Assembly (NCBI GenBank): GCA_016748015.1
Contig: JAAOMT010000718.1
Coordinates: 620,001 to 684,000 of the forward strand
Reading direction: 5' to 3'
DNA: 64,000 nt
Source: Geosiphon pyriformis uo1
Taxonomy: Eukaryota; Fungi; Glomeromycota
Within the stretch, counting starts at the first letter, position 1. Each line of letters opens with the position of its first letter. Shown here piece by piece: positions 51,712 to 64,000 of this stretch. A program made the translations under genes and the position numbers. The notes beneath the pieces are model-generated. The model was not told the DNA's origin, searched no databases, and saw only the letters and a list, made by a program, of their open reading frames with translations.

Positions 51712-51972
51712 GCTTGTTGCTCACCTACACCCTTTTTTTAGTGTACTATCTATCTATTACTAAATCGGGCTACATCTGAAAATGTGTGTTATTAGGCGAA
51801 CACATTGTCTAGGCCATTATCCCCCTAGATTCATTCCCACGTTGCCACTTTCTATCAGACTACTTTGAATTACCTCCCAAGATCTTTGTTCGCGAGACAC
51901 TCTTAATTGCGCCTAATCTTTTGAAATTTACCTAGTCTATTTGAGAATTCTTTCCTGAGGCTTAGAATTTAG

Positions 51973-53868
51973 ATGTCTACCAAGTCTTCTACAACAAACA
52001 ACGGAGAAGGCTCTAAACGTTCTTCTAATGCTAGTATAGATGAAAATAAAGTTGCTCAAGCTGTTGATCTGAGCACTCCCACTCGGAAAAAAACAGAAGG
52101 CTCAACTGGTTCCCCTTCTGAACAACTGGAGTTTACTACCTCACCTGTACCTTTGACCCCCAAAGACAAAACAAATTATCAAGAGTTCAACACAACTATA
52201 AGCCCTTCTAGCTCGGTTGTTGAGTCTTCTGTGAGTACTAGTGAACAAGAAAAGACATTGGTGCACAGTAAAAGGACAGATTACCCATATTTTCAAATTG
52301 GCATCAGTGAAGATAAAAATAAAAGGTGTCGGCGAACTATGGAGGTTAGACTGATATCTTTTTCAAACAATAGCTCAAACGTGTCTGAATCATCACTAAT
52401 TTGGTATATCAATTGATTCATTAGGACGCTCACTCTTTCTTTGAAGATTTTGGAGGAGTTGAGGGTCAAGGTTTCTTTGCTATTTTCGATGGTCATGCCG
52501 GGAAACAGGCAGCGGAATGGTGTGGTGAACACTTTCACGAGGTAAAGAGGAATTACCTTATCTCTTTCGGGGGAAGTGAGTTTTCCTTAGTCCCAAAGAT
52601 TACTTGGTATCTTTCAACCCATTAAGATACAATTTTTAAGGAGCATTTGGCTATAATAATTTTCTGAGACGCTTTTTTGCGTTTTCGCGTTTAACCAATT
52701 GCCAAGTTTTATTCCTGTATTTGTTGTGAAACACCAAATGTATAAAAACCGAATCGATATCTTCCTCCAAATCAAAAACCAAACGTCAGACTTTCCAGCA
52801 AGTTCTTCAACAGTACCCGGGTCTTACTGTTCCAGAAGTGTTCGCTAAAGCATTCCATGAGGCCGATAAAGAACTGAAGCAAAATGCCGGAAAACATTCA
52901 GGTTGTACAGCTATCACAGCTTTCCTTAGGACTGAAGAGGTCAAAGATGGGGAGGTAATAAATGGCAAAGAAAATGATGTACGGCTTGGAACAGCAGAAA
53001 TAAAAAAGAAATCCAAGGTTTTTATCATTTTCTAACTACTTGTTTTTATTCTTGATCTTGATTTGAGAAATAAGCCTCGCTCTGCCACTTTTGATTCAAA
53101 TTTCAACTCTAGCGTGTTTTGTATACTGCGAATGTAGGTGACGCTCGGGCTGTCTTGTGGTATGTTTTATCAGGCAAATTAAGCTTTGAATAATTTCACT
53201 TTTCCTTTCTTTAATTCGTCGAACCATTAAACTTCATGAATATCAGTCATGATGGTAAAGCTATTCGTTTATCATACGATCACAAAGGAAGCGATGCTCA
53301 GGAAGCCAAAAGAATTGTGGATGCAGGAGGATTTGTGATGAACAATCGAGTTAATGGTTGGTGATTTTTTGAATTTGTTTCAATAGCTGACATTCTCAAA
53401 ATTATGGAAACTTACCCAAAAATGGTCGAAAAAGGTGTACTTGCCGTAACTCGAAGTCTTGGTGATAGTTCGATGAAAGAATTTATGTATGTAATGGATG
53501 GAATGCTTTAAGATCCTATCATTAAAGTGGCATTCAAATGACCTAAAATGTTATTTATTGCAGTGTTGGAAGCCCATACACTACCGAGACGATCATAACG
53601 GAGAAAGACCCTTTTCTGATATTGGCTTGTGATGGGGTAATGAATCAGTACTCTCGATTTCCTGTTATTGCAAAGTTAAAAACAACCTCAATATTAATAG
53701 ATACCAATTATTTAGTTGTGGGATGTTTGCGAAGATCAAGACGCGGTTGACCTCATCAAAGATACTATCGACCCTCAACGAGCCAGTGAAGAATTACTGC
53801 AGCATGCCTTGAAGAATTTCAGTACTGATAATCTGAGTGTTATGGTAGTGAGGCTAACGAATAGGTAA
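51973..53868 (+). CDS. PTC1: Protein phosphatase 2C, PTC1-like (multi-exon)
   Basis: [81 protein letters not shown]; GT-AG introns. Confidence 0.9.
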
Positions 53869-54511
53869 AGGACAACGAGAAAAGCTGAAGTCAAACAATC
53901 TAGAAAAAGGAGATGCAATAGAAATTATTTGTTTGAGGTTCTAACTTATAGTGGTTGGGTAAAATAGTATCTGGCAAGCAAAAGGGAGTGAAAGAGGATT
54001 AAATCAACAGCATCTAATATATGTCGGCAAAGATGAAGTTTGGTAAGGGAAAGAGAAGTACTATAATTTCGAAACGTAGAATTCTTTTCTTAGATTATTT
54101 CTTTGCTCCCCGTGAATATATCCTATATCAGAGTTTCTTTCTAATAAAAAAGAAATCATTTTCAAAATCGAATTGGCAATTTTCAAACCGCGAGTCCATT
54201 CTCCTAATATTAACGGATATGCTTTTTTCGTTCATCCAGCATATATTCGATTACGGAAGGAATGAGAACAGAAGATGTGATAACAATCATCTAAATTCTC
54301 CGAATTTCGGGAAAGATGATATGACTTGTGCGATTTAAATGATCCTTTTGTTCTTAGATGAATCCATGAATGAAATATCACTCTATATATTTAATTATTG
54401 AAATGAATAATTTTAGATTATTTTCAAGTTGAACAATTTATACTTTTAATAAGTATTAGCATTTTGCAATAAATTTAATGGAAAACTTTTTAAGCCTAAA
54501 ATAACAACCTA

Positions 54512-55200
54512 ATTATTTTTATTTTTATTATGCGATAACGAGTGTGGCTACTTAAATAATACAGCTCAACAGTGAAATCACGAAAAATTCTAAAATAGGC
54601 GCAGCTCACGCACTTGCTACATGTGACCAACCACTCGAGGCTACAGAAAAGTCCGCTTTTACGGCTTCTAGCCTCAAAAAACAAGTCAGAAACAAATATA
54701 CACTTTCTTGTCAAGCCAAAGCATTGGAAACAACCTATACCCACACCTACACCAAAGTAATCTTCGCGCATAACATTCAGGCCTAAAACCAACAATCAAG
54801 TCTTTCTTCTTTCAACTTAGCCAAATTCAGGTTCTGTGGCTTGTTAAGGTAAAGCAACCAAGATTAATAACATGTGACAGTGCCACTTTGGCATTCTTTT
54901 TTAAAGATGTTGATTTCTCAATTCAAGTCTTAAAAGCCAAACCCTTAGCCATAACCATATACAACATAATATCAACAATTCTTCTTTTAATAAAATTTCT
55001 TTACACATAATCTAAATTTTTTAATAATTTATATTGAATACAATAAATTTAAGCCAAACATATTTATTAAAATATTATATTAAAACTGTTTTTAGTTTAT
55101 ATTAACATATTTTTTAACATATTTTAATTTATAATTTGTAAATTTTATCAAATTATATAAGCTTTTAATAAAATATTAAGCATTATTTAAAATTGTTACA
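54512..55200 (-). mobile_element. LINE 3' end of another subfamily, fading into the AT-rich block
   Basis: The reverse strand has the LINE 3' UTR motif (GAGTGGTTGGTCACATGTAGCAAGTGCGTGAG..CACTCGT..AATAAAAA) and ORF2-like remnants (YFIKSLYN, MLYMVMAKGLAF). Upstream boundary uncertain. Confidence 0.7.
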
Positions 55201-55839
55201 TTATTAATTTTAACTAATAAAAAACAGATTAAGTTTTTAAAACTTAATATTAAAAAAATTTTTAATTATAATTTATATGATTTTATTAATTAACTAATCT
55301 ACAAAAACAATTTCACATTTTTTAATTAAAACAAATATAAATTGGTTAAAACATTTAATACAAAAATATTATTTAAGAATTAAAAATATTAATATTAATA
55401 TTAATTAACAAAATTTATAATTTTTTAGTATTATTATTATATATAATTTTTTTAAAAGATTTTAAATTATAATTTTTTATATTATTATTATTATTTATTT
55501 TTAAGTTAATTAATAATTGAAAAAACAATTTATTAAAAACAATTAAAAATTTAAAAAAATTTAATTTTAACTATATTAATATATTTATTATAATAATATT
55601 AATTTACAAAATACATTTGTTATTAATTATATTTATAATTCATATACTTATTATTTAGTTAAAAAAATTTATAAAAAATAAGAATAATATTTTAAGCTTA
55701 GTTAAATAATATTAAAAAATTTAATTAAAATATTATAAAATTAATATAATCAATTTTATACTTTTTTTAGAATACATATTTGTAATATTAAAGTTTAATT
55801 ATAAAATTAATTAATTTTAAATTGTTTTTTTATAATATT

Positions 55840-55876
<37 letters not shown>

Positions 55877-57350
55877 TAAACTATAAAACCAATTTAATAT
55901 TATTAAACAAAGTAATAATAAAATAATTATTATTTATTTAAAATGGTTTAATTATAGTTTGTAATAAATACAAATAATTAAATTAAATTATTATATCAAG
56001 TTACAAATACTGAATTAATTTATTATATTTTAAAAATTTTGAATTAACCAAACAAAAAATAAATTATATTTAGATTATTAACTTAATAATAAAATTATTT
56101 AAATTAAAAACCAAATTAAAACAATTTGGCAAATTTATTATGTAAAAATTCAAAAAATATTTAATTAATAATTAATTTATATATTAATATTTATAACAAT
56201 AAAAACAATTAAAACCAATTATATTTTTAAAATTAAACATATTTATAAGTATTAATTTAATAATAATTATAAAAAAATTAAATTTGTAATTATTAAAAAC
56301 AAAGTTATATTAAGATAAATTATTACTTATAATTAATTATTTAAAGATTAAAAAACCAATTTTAAAACTTTAATAATTACTAATAAATCTTAATTTATTG
56401 ATTTAAAACTTTATAAAAACAATATTAATTAAATCTATATTATATTTTAACAATTAATATATATATATATATATATTATTTTTAGCAGTAATTTTAAATT
56501 ATATATTAAATATAATCATTAAAACCAATACAATAATTATTAATATAATTTAAAATTAAAAAATATTAATTTTTAATAAAACTAATTATTTATTAATCAA
56601 TTTTCAATATTATTAGTTTTTAATAAAAAAATTGCATTAAAAATTTAGAAAATTTTTAATTATAATACTTAAACCAGCAAATTTATTTAAGTTTTTATAA
56701 AACTTTAAAAATTAAGATTATTTTTAATTATTAAATCATATTTTTAAAAGTAAAAAAATAAACAAATAAATAAATTTTATAAATTTAATTTGTATATTAG
56801 ATTAAAAAATATAGGTGTGGTCAGGATGCTCGGTATTGTTGAGTCTTTTGCTGTTAGTTTTGGCCGTCGGAGGCCTTGTCTTTTTTATTCTGGTTTGGGT
56901 GGTGATGTTCGTGTTCATATAGGTGTGTAGTGTTGCCTTGTCTGGCCTGAGTGGCTAGCCACATGTAGTAAGTGCGTGAGTCGCGTTTAGTTTGGGCCAC
57001 TTAGTCTGGCTCTATGTACTAGATAGCGGTTGGGCTTCACTCGTAAAGCTTTAATAAAAAAAAAAAAAAAAAATATAAAAATACATTATTATAAAATAAA
57101 TTTAAATAGTTAATTATATTTTTAATATTATTACATTAATTTCAAAAATTATATATTAAAAAATAAAATAATTTATAATACAAATTAAAAATATTTGTGA
57201 AATTTATAATGTTATTAACAATAGATTTAAATATTATTATTCATAATAAATATGTAAAATTATAATATTAATATTGTTTATAACTTAAATAAAATAAAAT
57301 AAAATCAAAATTTTTTTCAAATGTAATTTAAATTAATGTTCAAGAATTTT
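54960..57350. other. Nearly pure-AT block between PTC1 and GPI18, with (AAT)n at ~55843-55871 and (AT)n at ~56457-56476
   Basis: Base composition and visible microsatellites. Confidence 0.75.
56814..57067 (+). mobile_element. 5'-truncated LINE copy (LINE-2 family), about 254 bp with poly(A)
   Basis: High similarity to the LINE-2 3' end; uninterrupted poly(A); TSD AAAAAATATA at a TT/AAAA site. Confidence 0.93.
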
Positions 57351-57491
57351 TGCATTTTTAATTCTTAAATACAAATGCCAACATATAATATACCTCATGA
57401 TAATTAAAAATGACCACCAAAAGATTGCCAATACAAAAGTGATAATCAGGCGCGAATTCAAATTAAAGGAGCTCACATTTTAGTATTAATA

Positions 57492-59186
57492 TTAGGCTGG
57501 CGGGAAAAAGTTAGCAAATAAAATAATGCCGGAAAGCCCATATACCAAAAAATACAATAACAAGATCCTCGCCCAAAATTCTGTAAGCCGATCATGTTTT
57601 CCTTTCATTAACATATGAGCGGCGAACCAGTAAACAGTCGGCTGAGAAGAAAAAAAACGCGTGATAACTTGAATATGCATTGATGTGATGGCATATATAA
57701 GGAGAAATCCCCATAAATATATAAAAGGCAAAAGATCTCTTGATACATATGGTGATTGCTTGTTAGGGTTATGGTTGGAATCTTTCAGACCTTTTTGTTC
57801 AAATTTGGATCCTAACAAAAAATGATTCAGTAAAATTTATAGGTAAATTTTTTGATAAAAAAACAAACCTTGTTGAATCACATTCGATCCAGACTCCCTA
57901 AGCCCAAGAGTTAACATTCTTTGCCAATCATGATTTGCATAAATAAAAATACCACAGAAAGACAAAATAATCATGGGTGCAGCCAAAAGAAAATTGGGTA
58001 TCTGATGGATTTGATAATATGTGAAAAGCCCACAATTCCTAATAGTTACTTAATGGAATTAATTTCTAATTGAAATGATTCAAATTCAGAAAAGTTGTTC
58101 TGAACTTGCCAATAATATTTTTGCACAAAAGTGTATAGCAATGGAATGGGTGATTGACACCATGGACGTATTGAAATCGGGTCAGTGCAATATCGAAGAT
58201 AGCCGAATCGTTCAAATGACAAAAATCCGAAAATAGTGATCAAACTAAGTACGATACAGTTCAATAGATTTTGAACAAAAGTCTAGAGACAGAGATAGTA
58301 GTTAACGGGTTTAGAAATTAAATCCTAAGAAAACTTTGATGTTTTTTTTACCTTTACTTCCAATCCATGAATATTCTTTAGCAATAACTGAAAAATAAAA
58401 AATCCGACATACACAATCCCATTCGATCTTGTCATTGATGCAAGGGACCATGTAAAGGCGGCTTTCCAATAATGTTTTTCTACAACCCAACGCATTCCCA
58501 AGAAACTCAAAAAAGCAAATAAGCTCTCCGCATATAGAGAAGACATGAAGATGCAAGATGGAGTGAGTATATAAATTATCGAGGAAATCATGGCAAATTT
58601 TTTATTATGGAAAAGAACGTTGCTAAGGCTAAAAACGATAAAATATTTATGAAAATTAAAGGTCAAAATTTAGGTCAGGAAAGCGAAAGCGAGAAGGAAA
58701 ATGAAAAAATTTTGGATCTTTACTTGAAAAAAGCGATGGTGGCACAGGCAAAGAAAAAATTGGAAAGTAAAACTCCAGACAGAAGCAGTGTTATTCTGTA
58801 ACTTAAAAAGTGGCCTAATGAGAGCAAGTATACTAAAGAAATGCAGCTTGAAGTTATAATTCTAAACAGAAGAACTATGAAAGACCAAAGCTAGAAATAG
58901 TACTCTTACAAGTATTTCCAAAACCTCTAACAAGGAGTGGAAACAAGGGAAGAAAGGCATGTTCTTGTTCATAAACATAACCTTCTTCGGCTAAGTGCAA
59001 GAAATAAAAGGCATCCCAACGCAAAAACCCTCGGATAAATACGCTATTACCCTGCAATATTATGTCTGCTGCCGAGTCATATTCGTCCAATATATAGGTA
59101 GAAATAATAACTAAAAGCGAAATTAATAGACGGGAGACAATAGCTATGAAAAATAAGAAAGAGTAATTTTTCAAAGTGGAGAACAT
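57492..59186 (-). CDS. GPI18: GPI mannosyltransferase 2 (PIG-V / Gpi18), multi-exon
   Basis: LRWDAFYF..GYVYEQEHAFLPL, YAESLF, TRSNG, RPWC..PLLYTFVQKYYW, QIPNFLLAAP, MHIQVITR..SQP, ANFFPPA. Confidence 0.93.
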
Positions 59187-59586
59187 TAGACTAACTGATC
59201 ATCGATTTATTATTAAATTACAGATAAAAGATAATAAATAGATCTTTTACATACCACGAGGAAATAATAATCTTGGCTCAATTGAATATTTAAAGGTTCT
59301 ACTTTTATCTGAAATATCTGATATAAATTTTGCGTTCTCAAACTTTTGACAACCCTAAACTAATTAATCTAAATTAAATCAAAGCTTAAATTGGATCCAA
59401 TCATGGTTGTTAAGGAGAGATGGAGGCTCAATCAATCTAGAATCATCCCCCCACTTATCAATCGCCGTTTTCACAGATCAGATCTCTTTTTCGATTATTT
59501 AATTTTTTACTTTAAATAACTAACTAACCTGCTACTCGCAAGAACTCTTACTCTCAACTCGTCCTTATTTCAGAAAATTATCTTCA

Positions 59587-61211
<1,625 letters not shown>

Positions 61212-61541
61212 AGGCTGAGCCTGATCTAAATTTATCCTACAAGCCATATATATTATATATAATGTGGTTTGTCTCACTCACTTTCCGTCAGAGTTCTATA
61301 TTTGATTGGATACGGATACTTGATTACATAATATATTTCGCCCGCAACAAGAAAATGGAACACCCGGTGGATATGCATATTATTCTTAAATACAGACAGG
61401 AGATTAAATATTGTCTCAAATATTAAGTTGTGATGTCATATTATACAGTTACTCAGCGAACAGATTACAAATTTACTTTGGCTTTGTTGCGTCGGCATTT
61501 CTTAGTCTTGGAAATTTAATTCTTTTCTATTGATCGTGCTA

Positions 61542-63402
61542 ATGTGCACTTTGAACACCCACAAAATATTATTGCGATCCAGTTCACTCAACCCCTACTC
61601 AAGTCTAAGAATTATTCGCGTTATTAATACACGATCAAAATGTAAAATCCATTTGCAATCAAAAGCTCCTCTTGCAATCTTGAGCTCTAAAGCTAAAACT
61701 ACTAATACCAATAGCTCGAGTGCTTCACAACAACGTTCAAGCTCAAACTCAAGTATTTTTATACAAAATTATGATGCACTTGGTAGTTCTCTTCCGTTAG
61801 AATTAGAAAACGAGAGAAATGTCAGCACCGAGAAGCAAGTGTCGCGAGTCTATCCGGCTTCAAACGGTATATCTTTAAATTTTAATTTTTTTCAGGCATC
61901 TCAAACATAAATCGCACTAGAATAGGAAAAAGAAAATATTAGTAGGTGAATTTGTTTTACTCACTCTAGATTTTCATTTCAGGAGCTAGTCCAATTTCGC
62001 GATATAATTCTTTAATCGCATCCGGTATGGTACAACGTGATAAATATCAGACAGAAATAGTTTCCCTTTTACAAAATCTACATGATTATGTACAAGGATA
62101 TGACCCACAGCTTATATCTGATTTACATGGCACTGTGAACAAGGGATCAATATTTGGCAAAGTAATTAATTTCTCTAAATGTTTCACAATCTTTTTTAAT
62201 TTTTGCTAACTTTTGATTTCATTTTTCGAGTTATCAAAATTATTTAGCATTTCATCTTTTAGCTCACGTGTTTCATCGACAATCGGTCCAAAAGGATTGT
62301 ATCTGTATGGAGATGTCGGTTGCGGCAAGACTATGCTGATGGATCTATTTTACGATACTCTATCCACAAAACGAAAACGTCGTGTACATTTTCATGCTTT
62401 CATGCTAGATATACATTCTCGAATTCATAAATTGAAGCAAGCAAATTCTGGTTATTATGATCCAATTCCACCAATTGCAACTGATTTGGCCAATGACGCG
62501 ATCATTTTGTGTTTTGACGAGTTTCAGGTTACCGATATTGCTGATGCGATGATTCTTAGGCGTCTCTTTACCGAATTGTTGGCAAGAGGTGTAGTCATGG
62601 TTATAACCTCCAATCGACATCCGGATGAACTATACAAAAACGGTATTCAGCGAACAAGCTTCATACCATGCATCAAATTATTAAAAGAATATTGTCAGGT
62701 TCAAGAACTTGGGTCTAGAACTGATTATCGCAAGCTCAAAAGAGAGAAAAGTCACGTTTACTTTAATCCTCTCAATCAGCGAACTTCTAGAGAGATTGAG
62801 AATGTATTCGATAAGCTAACACAGGGACGACAGATTAAACAAGAGGTTTTAAACTTTTTGGGACGCTCGCTTATTGTACCTCTTGCATGCGAAGATATTG
62901 CAAGATTTACTTTTGCTGAATTATGTGGTCAGCCTTTGAGCGCAGCAGATTATTTGGAATTAATAAAATATTATCGTACATTTATATTAACGGATATTCC
63001 TCGATTGTCATTGACTAAGAAAAATGACGCTCGACGTTTTATCACGTTAATAGACACGCTCTATGATAATAAGGTCATTATTGGTCGTTATTTTTTAAAG
63101 GCTTGGCTCATTGCTAATCAAAATATTGTTTACCATTTATATAGTCGATGCTAATATGTTCGGCTGAAGTTCCTATCGATGAATTGTTTACAACAAAAGA
63201 AAAATATGATCCTGCTGTTCGGGATCATGATGAACACCGTCAACTCATAGATGATCTGGGACTCCAAGATGATGAAAATAAATTGAGTCCTATATTTACT
63301 GGGGAAGAAGAGATATTCGCTTTTAAACGAGCTGTTTCTAGGCTAATACAAATGCAAGGAACTGATTGGATTAATGATAGTATAAACAGCAGGAAACAGT
63401 AA
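61542..63402 (+). CDS. AFG1: AFG1 / LACE1 (ZapE-like) ATPase, multi-exon
   Basis: PKGLYLYGDVGCGKTMLMDLF, LCFDEFQVTDIADAMIL, TSNRHPDELYKNGIQR, ARRFITLID.LY, EEEIFAFKRAVSRL; basic Ser-rich N-terminus. Confidence 0.93.
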
Positions 63403-64000
63403 TTTAGCAAAACTTGACGAATTATAAATTCCTCATTGAACATTAAGCTGATTTTTGAATTCGGAGACTCACTTTAATATGATCGAGAGTGTTGATAGAA
63501 AGCATTTATAATTTGTATTTATTTGTAGTAAATTATATTGTATAAAGGAAGCCAAGTTTGGATGAAGCCTATCTCATTTTGGAGGGCAAATTTGTATTAG
63601 TTTCTAGATTTTGTTAAAGAGCTGTGATAGAATACAAGAAAATTCCCTACTATTCCAGCAGTTGCTAATTTTAAAATATCCTTTGGGACTATGAAATATG
63701 GATATAAAGTTACGAATTGACTAGAAATAAAAGCCCCTTTGATAAACTTGCCTTTCTTGCATTTAGAGTGGTAATCTTTCACGCATTGATTTTTGCTGTT
63801 CCAAAACTTATTATATTCACAAATATTCCTGATAGGTTCAATCAATTAAAAATCAAAGTGTTTCTGGTCAAATGTAGATCCTCTTTGAGTTCCTTCTAAA
63901 TACTGATGGGTTTCAACCAAAGGCCTTCGGTGGGTGGAGGGAAGGAGCCCTAGCGAGTGATGATAAAACATTTTTGGGTTATTGTTGGTTCAAGTAGTAT

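Noticed and set aside
59524-59586. In-frame upstream extension of enolase ([14 protein letters not shown]) resembling a targeting peptide
   Set aside because: No AUG or clear near-cognate start before the in-frame stop at 59521.
63597-64000. Possible 3' end of a minus-strand gene
   Set aside because: Short ORFs with no recognisable motif; truncated by the window edge.

Overview
Eukaryotic, intron-containing, AT-rich fungal DNA. The TE families and gene style suggest Glomeromycotina (possibly Geosiphon); that is an inference from recall and is not verified. Positions 1-44.4 kb form a deeply nested retrotransposon cluster. It holds two near-complete copies of one Ty3/Gypsy family (family A; ~970-bp LTRs, 4-bp TSDs, order Gag-PR-Cys-rich-dUTPase-RT-RH / INT / extra ORF3), an older decayed copy and several solo LTRs from three LTR families. 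It also holds two LINEs (APE-RT-RNase H-zinc finger), older decayed LINE fragments, and an ORF1-only element ending in a LINE-type 3' UTR (HAL1-like). Repeats show almost purely C>T/G>A decay in graded strata, ending in nearly pure-AT blocks with sharp borders against normal genes, which is RIP-like. Positions 44.5-63.4 kb form a compact gene island (MRH4-like DEAD-box helicase, a divergent PP2C, a DUF726/TMCO4-like protein, PTC1, GPI18, enolase, AFG1), interrupted by one AT-rich TE block at 54.5-57.35 kb. Four N-gaps limit some conclusions. The strongest leads are the ORF1-only element, the position- and length-dependent hypermutation, and the unusual cargo and RTGT target preference of Gypsy family A.
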